Of a DNA stretch of 64,000 bases, positions 1 to 10,341 are shown one piece after another. The stretch covers positions 319,277 to 383,276 of the forward strand of contig JBAZKU010000001.1 in NCBI GenBank assembly GCA_041650615.1, read 5' to 3'. How positions within the stretch are numbered: position 1 is the first letter of the stretch; every line of letters starts with the position of its first letter. Position numbers and translations under genes: made by a program. The notes beneath the pieces were generated by a model. It was not told the origin of the DNA. It searched no databases and saw nothing but the letters and a program-made list of their open reading frames with translations. The DNA is from Minisyncoccota bacterium (GTDB taxonomy: Bacteria > Patescibacteriota > Minisyncoccia > Phycocordibacterales > UBA9973).

Positions 1-337
1 CGAGATCTTTTTCATCCACCGCATGGATGAGCGCATACTGCCCTATTTCTTTTAAATACATTTGAATGGAATCATGAATGGTTGATTTATTTAAATCTTT
101 ATCAGTAATATCGGCATCCAGATTCAGTAAATTACCACCTTCCAAGACATCAATTCCAGCCACGGCAAATTTTTCATAAAGCTCATCAAGGAAAAAAATA
201 TTATTCTCAATATCCGGAAAAGTTTTTAGGATTTCATCATAGGTAATAAATCCTCTTTTGCGTCCTTTTTCTACTAATTCATTTGAAAGACGGGCAAATT
301 CTTCCGCCCTTTTTTCTAATACGGTTAGTTTTTTCAC
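1..337 (-). CDS. rpoD: RNA polymerase sigma-70 factor RpoD, N-terminal part only (gene runs off window start; probable GTG start at 335-337)
   Basis: Minus-strand translation of 1-337 gives VKKLTVLEKRAEEFARLSNELVEKGRKRGFITYDEILKTFPDIENNIFFLDELYEKFAVAGIDV...DSIQMYLKEIGQYALI, matching sigma-70 regions 1.1/1.2 (cf. B. subtilis SigA GKKRGVLTYEEI... DPVRMYLKEIG). AAAGG SD-like sequence precedes the GTG. Lies downstream of dnaG (classic dnaG-rpoD arrangement). Not in ORF track because truncated. Confidence 0.8.
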   Translation of the reverse strand, partial: MKKLTVLEKRAEEFARLSNELVEKGRKRGFITYDEILKTFPDIENNIFFLDELYEKFAVAGIDVLEGGNLLNLDADITDKDLNKSTIHDSIQMYLKEIGQYALIHAVDEKDL

Positions 338-476
338 AGCCTTTGTTTTCAAGGGTTTTTTAGTTTTTCTGAATATCTTTCTTTTCCTTGTTATTTTTTT
401 TATAACTTTCTTTCGAGCTTTTTTAAACTTGGATTTTATTATTCTCTTTTTTGATTTTTTGGTTTTCATATTTTTA

Positions 477-2189
477 TTAACGACCGCAAATATTTTTAAT
501 TTCTTCTATTTTTTTTCCTATCTCATTTATTCTTTTAAAAATTTCTGCTTTCCCCTTTTTATCTTTGCAGTTCTGATATTCTATTGTTTTTTTAAAACGT
601 TCCTCCTTTAAATATTCTTCTTCAATATTCCACAGCATTTCGTTTACATCTTTTTCCAAATTTTCACTGTTTGAATAAAACTCTTCCGCCTCGTAAATTA
701 AATCTTCTTTTATATTCTTATAAATTTCTTTCACTTTGTCCAATCTTTTAAAGATTAATTCAGGGTCTATGGTTTTATTCTTCAGGCCTTCTTGCCAAAA
801 AGCTATACCCAAGAGCCTGCGTTCAATCGAGTCTTTTCTGACTTTTTTCTCAACATTTTCTATGGCATTTTTAGTTTCTTCTATTTCAGATTTTAACTCG
901 GATTTAACTTTTCTCAAATCCTCTATCAAAACATTTTCGGCTATTCCAGACTTATCGCTAATAAGCGTAATAAAATGTGATTTTTCTATAGAACTTTCAA
1001 GGGCGTCAACATACGGCAATATTTTTTCTTTTATTTCCCTTCCGGCCTTACGCATATCTTCTTTATAATTTTTTAAAACTCTATCCAAAAGAAATTCTAT
1101 TATATGTTTTGAATTGCGGATGGCCATACGCCAGGCGTCCTTTCCACTCTTGGAAATTAAATCCGCCGGATCAATTCCTTCCGGCATGGAAACAACTTTT
1201 GCATCCATTCCCAGAGAAAGAGCGATTTTGCCGGCACGTGAAGATGCGTTAAATCCCGCCTTGTCTGCGTCAAAAGCAAGAACAATATTACCTGAAAGAC
1301 GACGTAGTAATCCCAAATTTGAAACAACATTTTCTTTTGAAACCGTAGAATCTGAAAGCGCGGTTCCCGAAGTCGCAACGGTATTTCTAAATCCGGCTTG
1401 ATGGGATAAAATCAAATCCATCTGCCCTTCAACTAGAATGGAAAAATTGTTTTTACGAATTGAATCTTTTGCTTTATCTAATCCATAAAGAACAGCAGAT
1501 TTGCTGAAAATCGGAGTATCGGGGCTATTTAAATATTTCGCAGATTTTCCATCATCTTCAAATATTCTGCCGGAAAAAGCGATGACACGACCACTGGAAT
1601 CGGAAATTGGGAACATTATTCGACCGCGAAATCTGTCATAATATCCCTTTTCTGTTTTTTTGACTAGACCGGCTTTTTCCAATTCTCCATCAGTAAAACC
1701 CATTTTTTGGAGATGGGAATAAAGTTCGCGCCAATCATTTTTCGCAAATCCGATTCTGAAATCTTTTATTGTTTTATCTTCTATTCCTCTTTCTTTCAAA
1801 TATACAAGAATTTTATTTTCAGCCTTTAAATTGTTTTCAAAAAATTCAGCGGATTTTTCCATAGCCCTATATAATTTTTCTTTCTCTCCTCCTTTTTCTT
1901 TACTGTATTCGGTTAATTTTACTCCCGCCCTTTCCGCTAAGATTTTTAACGCGCCCTTAAAGTCCAATCCTTCAAATTCTTCTATAAAAGTAAAAATATC
2001 TCCTTTAGCTCCGCAACCAAAACAATAATAACTGCCCCGATCCGGAGACACGAAAAAGGACGGCGTTTTTTCGTTGTGAAATGGGCATCTGGCTTTAAGA
2101 TTCGCACCTGCCCTGTCTAACTTTATGTAGGAAGAGACTACTTCTTCAATTGAAAGCCTCTCCTTAATTTGTTGAACTGGAGAGTTCAT
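477..2189 (-). CDS. dnaG: DNA primase DnaG
   Basis: Zn-ribbon CPFHNEKTPSFFVSPDRGSYYCFGCGAKGD at N-terminus; TOPRIM region (ILVEGQMDLI...AFDADKAG) typical of DnaG. Confidence 0.9.
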   Translation of the reverse strand: MNSPVQQIKERLSIEEVVSSYIKLDRAGANLKARCPFHNEKTPSFFVSPDRGSYYCFGCGAKGDIFTFIEEFEGLDFKGALKILAERAGVKLTEYSKEKGGEKEKLYRAMEKSAEFFENNLKAENKILVYLKERGIEDKTIKDFRIGFAKNDWRELYSHLQKMGFTDGELEKAGLVKKTEKGYYDRFRGRIMFPISDSSGRVIAFSGRIFEDDGKSAKYLNSPDTPIFSKSAVLYGLDKAKDSIRKNNFSILVEGQMDLILSHQAGFRNTVATSGTALSDSTVSKENVVSNLGLLRRLSGNIVLAFDADKAGFNASSRAGKIALSLGMDAKVVSMPEGIDPADLISKSGKDAWRMAIRNSKHIIEFLLDRVLKNYKEDMRKAGREIKEKILPYVDALESSIEKSHFITLISDKSGIAENVLIEDLRKVKSELKSEIEETKNAIENVEKKVRKDSIERRLLGIAFWQEGLKNKTIDPELIFKRLDKVKEIYKNIKEDLIYEAEEFYSNSENLEKDVNEMLWNIEEEYLKEERFKKTIEYQNCKDKKGKAEIFKRINEIGKKIEEIKNICGR

Positions 2190-2195
2190 AAAATT

Positions 2196-5100
2196 TTATT
2201 CTTCCTCTGGCAAGATTACCCTACTTTTAAATCCGGTTCCTGCCGGAATTAATCGCCCAATGATAACATTTTCTTTCAATCCTCTTAGAGAATCAATTCC
2301 ACCCTTAACCGCATTTTCTATGAGCACGCGATTAGTGTTTTGGAAGGATGCGGCTGAAAGCCAGCTCTTAGTGCGAAGAGATACTTCAGTAATACCAAGC
2401 ACTATTGTTTCCGCTTTTGCTTCTTTTTGATTTATCTTGGCAACCCTGCTGTTTTCTTCAATGAATGCGGTATTTTCCACAATATCACCGACAGAAAAAT
2501 TGGTTTCGCCAGCGTCTTTTATTTTTCTTCGGGAAAACATCTGGCGAATAATTATTTCTGTGTGTTTTCTGGAAATTGAAGCGCTTTGCAATTCATAAAC
2601 TTTATTTATTTCCCTAATTATATATTCTTCAACCAATTCTTTGGTTCCAAGCTTGAATATCTCGGCAATATCCGCTGATCCATCGGTTAGAAGCTCGCCC
2701 TTTTTTACTTTTTGACCAACTTTTACTATCGGCGTCCTGCGAAATGGTATAACATATTCAATTTCTTTTGATTTGTTATTGGTATCTTTGGAGTCAGAAA
2801 GCACTTTGATTGTTTTTTCTTTTCCCTCTTTGTCTTTTATTTCAAAGACTTCCCCCTCTGTCTCAGAAATTATTGCCGGATTTTTTGGAATGCGTCTTTC
2901 AAAAATTTCCTCAATACGAGGCAAACCTGTGGTTATGTCCGTTCCTGCAACACCTCCGGCATGGAAAGTACGAAGAGTAAGCTGAGTTCCCGGCTCTCCG
3001 ATAGCTTGGGCCGCAATAATACCCACTGCTTCTCCTAAATCAACAAGGCGGTTTCGTCCGAGGTCCAACCCATAGCACATTTGACAAATACCATGAGTAG
3101 TGCGACAGGTTAAAGGAGATCGAACAAACACTTCTTCAAAACCCATTCCTTCAATATTCTGTGCTTCTTCCTTGGTAATCAAAAATCCTTTTTTATAAAT
3201 TACTTTTCCATTTTTATCTTTAAGATCTGCTGCTAAGACACGCCCGCGAATATTTTTTGAAAGTGGAATTTCAATTCCAGAAATATTTTCTCTTCTTACC
3301 ATTTTACCCTCTTTCGTGCCACAATCCTCCTCAGTAATAACCACATCTTGCGCCACATCCACCAGTCTGCGGGTCAAATATCCCGCTTTGGCGGTATTTA
3401 GGGCAGTATCTGAAGCACCCTTGCGGGCTCCATGAGTGGTAACGAAATATTCAATCGGAGAAAGTCCTTCATGATAACAAGGAATAACGGGAAACTCTAA
3501 TACCTTACCTTGGTTGTTTTGAATAAGCCCTTTCATTCCAATCATTTGACTTAAACTGGTCATATCTCCTCTTGCCTTTGAAGTAAATAAATCATAGGTA
3601 GAACCATTTTTATCAAGAGTGCTTGGTAGAACTTTTTCCAATTCTTTCTTTGCTTGAGTCCAAATTTCTATAATTTTCTGATATCTTTCTTCTTCAGAAA
3701 GAAGACCTTCGTTCCATTCTGATATTATTTTCTCTTCCAGTTTTCTACTATTTGCTACAATCTTTTCTTTTTCAACCGGAACTTTAACATTCTCCATACC
3801 CCACGTTGTGCCAGAAAATGTTGAATATTTGAAACCGAAATCTTTTATTTTATCCAAAATAGGAGGAGTATCATCCACGCCATAATGCACGATAAGTTCA
3901 TCCACAAGCGAAGATAATCTTTTTTGGGTCATTTCGTCGCTGACATAAGAAAAATCATTCGGTAAAACACTATTAAAAAGAAGCTTGCCGACAGAAGTGT
4001 CAAAAATTCCTCCGCCAAATTTTTTATATTTATGATTGTCCGTTGCTAAAACTTTTATTTTTGCTCTAAGAGATATGATCCCATATTCATAAGCGGTTAT
4101 AGCTGTATTCGGACTTGAAAAATATTTTCCTTCGCCTAGCTCGCCGTCAACAGATTTTGTCATCCAGTAAGATCCGAGCACTATATCTTTGCTGGGATGC
4201 ACTATCGGATCGCCATTTTGAGGTTTAAGCAAATTTTTGTTCGCGGCCATCAGCTCTTTGGCTTCCGATTGAGCTTCTTCTAAAAGAGGAACGTAAACTG
4301 CCATTTGGTCTCCATCAAAGTCGGCGTTAAAGGCCTGACAAACCAGCGGGTGTACTTCTATGGCATTTCCTTCAATAAGAATAGGGTTAAAAGCCTGAAT
4401 ACCCAAGCGGTGAAGTGTAGGAGCGCGGTTTAGAAGAACATATTTCCCTTTAATCACTTCTTCCAGCATTGCCCAAACTTCCGGCGTACGTTCTTCTATG
4501 AGCTTATTTGCTCCACGAATATTAAAGGCTAATTCAGCTTGTAAAATCTTAGAAATTACAAATGGCCTGAAAAGTTCCAAAGCCATATGTTTCGGCAATC
4601 CGCACTGGTTAAGTCGAAGTTCAGGTCCTACTACGATAACCGAGCGGCCTGAATAGTCTACACGTTTACCAAGTAAGTTTTGACGAAATAAGCCTTGTTT
4701 GGATTTTAAATTATCTGATAGAGATTTGAGAGGACGCTTTTGGGACTGGCTCATTGCAGCACTGTCGTTTTGTTTGGCAATAGAATTATCTATAAGCGCA
4801 TCCACTGCTTCTTGAATAATTCTTTTTTCGTTTCGCAATATTACATCCGGCGCATTTATTTCCTTTAATTTTTTCAAACGATTGTTTCTATTTATCACTC
4901 TGCGATAAAGATCATTTAAATCTGATGTCGCATGACGTCCTCCATCAAGCGCTACCATTGGACGCAGTACCGGAGGAATAACTGGAATAACGGTCAAAAA
5001 CATCCATTCTGGTCGGATTCCAGCATAAGTCATAGCGCGAATAAGAGAAAGTCTTTTTTGTAATTTTTCTTTTTCTATTATGCTTGCCTTCTCAATCATT

Positions 5101-5807
5101 TTTTCGGTGAGAACTTTCAACTTATTTAAGTCAAGATTTTTGAAAATAGAGTAAATGGCCTCAGCGCCTATATTCGCTTCAAAACAAGTGCCATATTTCA
5201 ATGAGTAATGATGGAAAGAAATTTCATTAAAAACTTTTCCCTCGTAAATTTCTAAAATTTCTTTTTTAGTGTTGGAAAACAAATCTTTTAATTTCTCGCG
5301 AGTTTCATCATCGGCTACGTTTTTTAATTTGGCTTTGTATTCTTTTTCTAAATTCTGGATAATTATTTCTCTTTCATTTTCATGAACTTTAGTAATGATG
5401 TATCCAGCAAAATAAATTACCTTTTCAAGATCAGATACTGAAATATTGAGCAAGATGCTCATTCGAGACGGCACTCCGCGCAAAAACCAAATATGGGCAA
5501 CAGGAGTGGAAAGCTCAATATGCCCCATTCTTTCTCTTCTCACTATGGAACGAGTTACTTCCACTCCGCATTTTTCGCAGATAATATCTTTATAACGAAT
5601 CCGGCGGTATTTTCCGCAATAACATTCGTAATCTTTTTCCGGTCCGAATATTTTTTCGTCGAAAAGACCTCCGCGCTCAGATCGGCCGGTACGGTAATTT
5701 ATAGTCTCAGGTTTGGTAACTTCCCCATAAGACCACTCCTTTATTTGCTCGGGTGATGCAAGCTTGAGCGAAATGTAATCAAAATCAGTTTTATTTAAAG
5801 TTTTCAT
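2196..5807 (-). CDS. rpoC: DNA-directed RNA polymerase subunit beta' (RpoC)
   Basis: 1203 aa; Zn-finger CYCGKYRRIRYKDIICEKCGVEV, catalytic NADFDGD motif, overall collinear with RpoC. Confidence 0.97.
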   Translation of the reverse strand: MKTLNKTDFDYISLKLASPEQIKEWSYGEVTKPETINYRTGRSERGGLFDEKIFGPEKDYECYCGKYRRIRYKDIICEKCGVEVTRSIVRRERMGHIELSTPVAHIWFLRGVPSRMSILLNISVSDLEKVIYFAGYIITKVHENEREIIIQNLEKEYKAKLKNVADDETREKLKDLFSNTKKEILEIYEGKVFNEISFHHYSLKYGTCFEANIGAEAIYSIFKNLDLNKLKVLTEKMIEKASIIEKEKLQKRLSLIRAMTYAGIRPEWMFLTVIPVIPPVLRPMVALDGGRHATSDLNDLYRRVINRNNRLKKLKEINAPDVILRNEKRIIQEAVDALIDNSIAKQNDSAAMSQSQKRPLKSLSDNLKSKQGLFRQNLLGKRVDYSGRSVIVVGPELRLNQCGLPKHMALELFRPFVISKILQAELAFNIRGANKLIEERTPEVWAMLEEVIKGKYVLLNRAPTLHRLGIQAFNPILIEGNAIEVHPLVCQAFNADFDGDQMAVYVPLLEEAQSEAKELMAANKNLLKPQNGDPIVHPSKDIVLGSYWMTKSVDGELGEGKYFSSPNTAITAYEYGIISLRAKIKVLATDNHKYKKFGGGIFDTSVGKLLFNSVLPNDFSYVSDEMTQKRLSSLVDELIVHYGVDDTPPILDKIKDFGFKYSTFSGTTWGMENVKVPVEKEKIVANSRKLEEKIISEWNEGLLSEEERYQKIIEIWTQAKKELEKVLPSTLDKNGSTYDLFTSKARGDMTSLSQMIGMKGLIQNNQGKVLEFPVIPCYHEGLSPIEYFVTTHGARKGASDTALNTAKAGYLTRRLVDVAQDVVITEEDCGTKEGKMVRRENISGIEIPLSKNIRGRVLAADLKDKNGKVIYKKGFLITKEEAQNIEGMGFEEVFVRSPLTCRTTHGICQMCYGLDLGRNRLVDLGEAVGIIAAQAIGEPGTQLTLRTFHAGGVAGTDITTGLPRIEEIFERRIPKNPAIISETEGEVFEIKDKEGKEKTIKVLSDSKDTNNKSKEIEYVIPFRRTPIVKVGQKVKKGELLTDGSADIAEIFKLGTKELVEEYIIREINKVYELQSASISRKHTEIIIRQMFSRRKIKDAGETNFSVGDIVENTAFIEENSRVAKINQKEAKAETIVLGITEVSLRTKSWLSAASFQNTNRVLIENAVKGGIDSLRGLKENVIIGRLIPAGTGFKSRVILPEEE

Positions 5808-8800
5808 ATTTTTTCAAATTAACATCAAGCGCAAGTCCCCTCAAATAATTGAGCAACACATTAAATGATGCTGGAGAATTTGGCGGTTTAATGACTTCAT
5901 TTTTAATAATGGAATCAAAAGTCTGAGAACGACCTAATATGTCATCAGATTTAATGGTAAGCATTTCTCGTAATGTATATGCCGCGCCATATCCTTCCAA
6001 TGCCCAAACCTCCATTTCTCCAAATCTCTGTCCTCCGCCCTGGGCTTTTCCTCCCAATGGCTGTTGGGTAATGAGAGAGTAGGGTCCAATAGAACGCATA
6101 TGAATTTTATCTTCCACCATATGATGGAGTTTCAACATATACATATAACCAACGGCAATATCTTGGTTAAAAGCTTCTCCTGTGCGCCCATCAAAAAGTT
6201 TTAATTTGCCATTATCCGGAAACCCAGCCTTTTTTAATTCTTCTCTTATTTCTTCGTGACTTGCCCCTAAAAATGGAGGGACAATAGCTTGATAGCTAAG
6301 TGTATTCGCCGCCATTCCAAGATGCATTTCTAAAATTTGTCCCAAATTCATACGAGAAGGAACTCCTAATGGAGAAAGTATTATATCAACTGGCGTGCCA
6401 TCAGCCGTATAAGGCATATCTTCTTCCGGAAGAATTCTCGAAATAACTCCCTTGTTTCCGTGTCGGCCAGAAAGTTTGTCCCCGACTGAAATATTTCTAA
6501 TTTGAGCGACTTCAATTACAATTTTCTTTATGATCCCCGCTTCAAGCGTGTGCCCTAAATCGCGGGAGAAAATTTTAACACCAATGATACGTCCGCGTTT
6601 TCCATGCTCCATGCGAAGCGATGTGTCTTTAACATCACGCGCTTTTTCAGCAAAGATGGAACGGAGTAATCGCTCTTCCGGAGTAAGTTCCGTCTCGCCT
6701 TTAGGTGTAATCTTGCCAATCAAAATATCATTTTCCCTGACTTCCGCTCCAATACGAACAATACCATCTTCGTCCAAATCTTTAAGTTTCAATTCTCCGA
6801 CATTTGGTATGTCACGAGTGGTAATCTCCGGTCCAAGTTTGGTATCACGAACCGTACAAACGAATTCCTCAACATAAACACTGGTAAATTTACTCTTTTT
6901 GACAAGACGTTCGGAAATAATTATAGCGTCTTCATAGTTTGATCCAGACCAAGATAGAAAAGCCACAAAAACATTTTGTCCGATTGAAATTTGACCATCT
7001 ACGGTGCTTGTTGTGTCAGCCAATATATCCCCCTTCTTCACTTTTTGACCGACAGAAACCGCAGGACGCTGATGAAAGGCGGAAAAATTATTATTTCTTA
7101 AAAAATTGACCAGCGTGTAGGTTTTTTCGGACTTTCCTTTAATTATTATTTTTTTTGCATCTAAATAAGAAACAACACCATCTTCCAGGGCAATAACCAT
7201 TCTGCCACAATCTCGAGAGGCCAGCGCCTCAACACCTGTCGCCACTAATGGCGCTTCGGGAAGTACGCAAGGCACTGCCTGTTTTTGCATGTTGCTTCCC
7301 ATCAAGGCACGGTTGGCATCATCATGCTCTAAGAAAGGAATCATGGAGGTTGCTATAGAAAAAGCTTGATTGGCAGCAACATCGATAAAATCAACTTGTT
7401 CGCGAGAAATTGTTCCTGCTTCCGTTTTTACTCTGGCCGCCACTCTTTCTTCTGTTATTTTTCCATTTTCATTATAAGAAATTCCCGCATGCGCAATATT
7501 ATATTTTTCTTCTTCTAGTGCATTTAAATATTGAACTTCTCCGGTAATTTTACCATTTTTTACCTTTATATACGGAGTTTCAATAATCCCAAAATCATTT
7601 ATTTTCGCATAAGTGGAAAGATGCAAAATAAGTCCGATATTCGGACCTTCCGGAGTATGAATCGGACAAACTCTTCCATAGTGAGAAGGGTGCACATCTC
7701 GAACTTCCAATCCAGCGCGCTCACGAGTGAGTCCGCCGGGACCTAAAGCGGATAATGTGCGTAAATGTTCCATTTCACAAAGCACATTTTCTTGCGCCAT
7801 AAATTGTGAAAGTTGGTTAGTAGTAAAAAATTCTTTAATACGAGCTTGCAACGGACGCTGATTGATAATATGAATCGGCATAGCGGTATCAATATCAATA
7901 ATGGACATTCTGTCCTGAATATTTCTTTTAATTTGCATCATGCCGGTACGCACTTTTTGCTGAAGCATTTCTCCGACAAACCGAACGCGCCTTTGACCCA
8001 AATGATCTATATCATCAGACTTGGCTCCCGGAGTATTATTTAACAAAATAATATTTGCAATTACTGTCATTAAATCTTCCTTGGAAATAGTTCGACGAGC
8101 AAGTTCTTCTTCTTCCAGAGACTTATCAAAACGTTTATTGAATCTATATCGTCCGACCGGAGAAAGATCATATCTTTCAGGGGTGAATAAGGAATTAATA
8201 AACTCCTTGGCATTTTCAGCTGTAGCCATATCCCCGTCTCTTAGACGCTTATATATTTCAACATATGCATCATTTAATGTTTTAGCTACATCTTTTATCA
8301 AACATGCTTCTAAAGCTTCCTTATAAATAGGATTTTTTTCAAACGCTTTTAACATCATTTCATCGGTGTCATAACCCATTACACGCAATAGCGCGGTAGC
8401 AGGAAATTTCCTTTTTTTGTCTATTCTTATGTAAATGGCCCCATCCGATTCCGATTCCACTTCAATCCAAACCCCGCGAGCCGGGATAATTTTTGCGCCG
8501 AAATATCTTTTGCCTTTGTTTTCAGATTCAGTAAAGAAAACTCCAAAACTTCTGGCAAGCTGTGGTACTATAACACGTTCTACTCCATTTATAATAAAGC
8601 TTCCATGCGGAGTCATAAGCGGAATTTCAGACATAAAAATTTCTTGCTCTTTAACAGTGCCTAAAATTTTATTCGTTAATTTTACACGAGTCTTTAAAAG
8701 CCCTTGATACGAAAGCTTATTTATTTTGGCATCATTCTCTTCGCAATTGGGTTCACTGAGAGAGAAAGATGTAAATTCAAGTTCAAACTTTTTTCCGGAG

Positions 8801-8976
8801 TAATCTATGATTGGAGAAAATTCTTTAAAGATTTCTTTAATACCCTCTTCCACGAGCCATTTGTAAGATTTGGTCTGGGCTTCTATTAGATTGGGAAATT
8901 CTATTAAAAGATTTTTATATCTTGAAAAATACTTCTTGGGATGTTTTTCTGTTTGCATGATTGATTTTCTAAACAA
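5791..8976 (-). CDS. rpoB: DNA-directed RNA polymerase subunit beta (RpoB), compact form
   Basis: 1061 aa with RpoB hallmark segments (GPGGLTRERAGLEVRDVHPSHYGRVCPIHTPEGPNIGL; C-terminal GGQRFGEMEVWALEGYGAAY). Overlaps rpoC start by 17 nt. Confidence 0.97.
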   Translation of the reverse strand: MFRKSIMQTEKHPKKYFSRYKNLLIEFPNLIEAQTKSYKWLVEEGIKEIFKEFSPIIDYSGKKFELEFTSFSLSEPNCEENDAKINKLSYQGLLKTRVKLTNKILGTVKEQEIFMSEIPLMTPHGSFIINGVERVIVPQLARSFGVFFTESENKGKRYFGAKIIPARGVWIEVESESDGAIYIRIDKKRKFPATALLRVMGYDTDEMMLKAFEKNPIYKEALEACLIKDVAKTLNDAYVEIYKRLRDGDMATAENAKEFINSLFTPERYDLSPVGRYRFNKRFDKSLEEEELARRTISKEDLMTVIANIILLNNTPGAKSDDIDHLGQRRVRFVGEMLQQKVRTGMMQIKRNIQDRMSIIDIDTAMPIHIINQRPLQARIKEFFTTNQLSQFMAQENVLCEMEHLRTLSALGPGGLTRERAGLEVRDVHPSHYGRVCPIHTPEGPNIGLILHLSTYAKINDFGIIETPYIKVKNGKITGEVQYLNALEEEKYNIAHAGISYNENGKITEERVAARVKTEAGTISREQVDFIDVAANQAFSIATSMIPFLEHDDANRALMGSNMQKQAVPCVLPEAPLVATGVEALASRDCGRMVIALEDGVVSYLDAKKIIIKGKSEKTYTLVNFLRNNNFSAFHQRPAVSVGQKVKKGDILADTTSTVDGQISIGQNVFVAFLSWSGSNYEDAIIISERLVKKSKFTSVYVEEFVCTVRDTKLGPEITTRDIPNVGELKLKDLDEDGIVRIGAEVRENDILIGKITPKGETELTPEERLLRSIFAEKARDVKDTSLRMEHGKRGRIIGVKIFSRDLGHTLEAGIIKKIVIEVAQIRNISVGDKLSGRHGNKGVISRILPEEDMPYTADGTPVDIILSPLGVPSRMNLGQILEMHLGMAANTLSYQAIVPPFLGASHEEIREELKKAGFPDNGKLKLFDGRTGEAFNQDIAVGYMYMLKLHHMVEDKIHMRSIGPYSLITQQPLGGKAQGGGQRFGEMEVWALEGYGAAYTLREMLTIKSDDILGRSQTFDSIIKNEVIKPPNSPASFNVLLNYLRGLALDVNLKKYENFK

Positions 8977-9091
8977 AACAAAAAGAGAAATGCTCTATTC
9001 GGCCTCTTAAAAAAATTATTTAGATATTGATGATTAAGCTCTATTAATACAAACGAGATTCATCCAAAACTCAATCTATCTCTTATACGCG

Positions 9092-9120
9092 AGTATACCC
9101 CCACACCTATTTTTTGTCAA
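9092..9120 (-). promoter_or_regulatory. sigma-70-like promoter upstream of rpoB (TTGACA-N17-TATACT on minus strand)
   Basis: Minus strand reads TTGACAaaaaataggtgtgggggTATACT; located ~115 nt upstream of the rpoB start codon. Confidence 0.4.
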
Positions 9121-9137
9121 CTATTTGTTGGGGATTA

Positions 9138-9167
9138 TAAAAAAACCCCTGCGCTATTTTGCAGGGG
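9138..9167 (-). terminator. Rho-independent terminator after the receiver-like gene
   Basis: Stem CCCCTGC/GCAGGGG (9146-9152 / 9161-9167) with 8-nt loop, followed on the minus strand by a run of 8 U (plus-strand A run 9138-9145). Confidence 0.55.
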
Positions 9168-9185
9168 TTATGGATAGAAACCGAA

Positions 9186-9509
9186 TTACTTCAATAATTT
9201 TTTAATGCGTTTTTCCAGATTTTTTTCCGAAAAATTTTTTTCATTTAGAAAAGGTATTTTTGAAACTCTTAATCTGAAAAACAACAAAACTTTAACGCGC
9301 GCTCTATGCAACTTTAGGGCCCACTCAAACCCATCATCTATCCTTTGCAAAGAGGCACTGCATATGACTAAATTAAAACCCGAATTGTACTTATCTTGTG
9401 CAATTTTTAAACTGGAATGATGGACAACTTTATGCCCAAGACCCTTAAGACAATTCATGACTTTTTTTACCAATTTCCTGTCGTTTTCCACATATAAAAT
9501 TCGCGACAT
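9186..9509 (-). CDS. Single-domain CheY-like receiver protein lacking the phospho-acceptor Asp (pseudo-receiver)
   Basis: 107 aa; alignment to CheY: RILYVENDRKLV (DD pocket degenerated to ND), NLVICSASL where D57 should be, conserved Lys in SKIPF (=KPF). Own promoter and terminator. Confidence 0.55.
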   Translation of the reverse strand: MSRILYVENDRKLVKKVMNCLKGLGHKVVHHSSLKIAQDKYNSGFNLVICSASLQRIDDGFEWALKLHRARVKVLLFFRLRVSKIPFLNEKNFSEKNLEKRIKKLLK

Positions 9510-9559
9510 AAATCCTCCGTATTATTGGTGACAAAAAGAACAACCCTCATTTGCAATAT

Positions 9560-9588
9560 ATTGTATCGTACTCTATTTATTTTGTCAA
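9560..9588 (-). promoter_or_regulatory. Near-consensus sigma-70 promoter (TTGACA-N17-TACAAT) for the receiver-like gene
   Basis: Plus strand tgtcaa at 9583-9588 and attgta at 9560-9565, exact 17-nt spacer; ~45 nt upstream of the start codon at 9509. Confidence 0.5.
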
Positions 9589-9660
9589 ATTATACATGGG
9601 GATTATTTCCCCCTTTTCCACACCAGTAGTAAAGCAAGGCACACTACGGGGCAGGCTCTT

Positions 9661-10323
9661 CTATTTTTTACTGGACTTTTTCCAATTTTCAATAAATTTA
9701 TGATTCCCTGATAGTAGTACTTTAGGAACTTTATAACTTTTCCTTTTATAAACTAATTTTTCCGGGCGAGTATAAACTTCGCTTGTAGACACTCGTTCTT
9801 CTTCTAGAGATTCATATTTACCTAAAACTCCGGGAATTTGACGAGAAACACAGTCTACCAAAATCATCGCCGGGATTTCCCCGCCTGTTAGCACATAATC
9901 TCCTATTGATAATTTTTTAGTCTTAAGAATTTTATCCACTCGGGCATCTATTCCTTCATATCGTCCGCAAATTAAAATAATATCCGTATATTTTTTTGAT
10001 ATTTTTTTAGCAAAGGCGGTTGTAAATTTTTCGGCGCTTGGAATGAAATTAATAATCAATATTTTTTTGTTTTTGCCCTTCGCTACACTCAGGACTTTCG
10101 CCACTGCTGAAAGCAGTGGCTCAGCTCTCATCACCATTCCTGGACCCCCGCCATAAGGTTTATCATCTACTGGCCTGTAATTATTTTTAGGTGCCTTAAT
10201 AAAATCCCGAGGATTGTAAAATTTTACCGAAACAAGCTTATTCTTTACTGCCCGCCCAATAATAGACTCATTTAAATATGAGCTGAAAATATCCGGGAAA
10301 ATTGTAATAATATGGAAACGCAT
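9661..10323 (-). CDS. trmD: tRNA (guanine37-N1)-methyltransferase TrmD
   Basis: MRFHIITIFPDIF...GGPGMVM...GRYEGIDAR...VLTGGE motifs of SPOUT TrmD. Confidence 0.93.
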   Translation of the reverse strand: MRFHIITIFPDIFSSYLNESIIGRAVKNKLVSVKFYNPRDFIKAPKNNYRPVDDKPYGGGPGMVMRAEPLLSAVAKVLSVAKGKNKKILIINFIPSAEKFTTAFAKKISKKYTDIILICGRYEGIDARVDKILKTKKLSIGDYVLTGGEIPAMILVDCVSRQIPGVLGKYESLEEERVSTSEVYTRPEKLVYKRKSYKVPKVLLSGNHKFIENWKKSSKK

Positions 10324-10341
10324 ATAGGGTTAATAATACAT

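Noticed and set aside
258-611. 117-aa plus-strand ORF rich in F/L/I overlapping rpoD/dnaG region
   Set aside because: Antisense to strongly supported rpoD and dnaG coding sequence; low-complexity translation of AT-rich DNA.
2773-8889. Multiple 60-115-aa plus-strand ORFs inside rpoC and rpoB
   Set aside because: All lie antisense within the RNA polymerase genes and have no motifs; typical spurious antisense ORFs.
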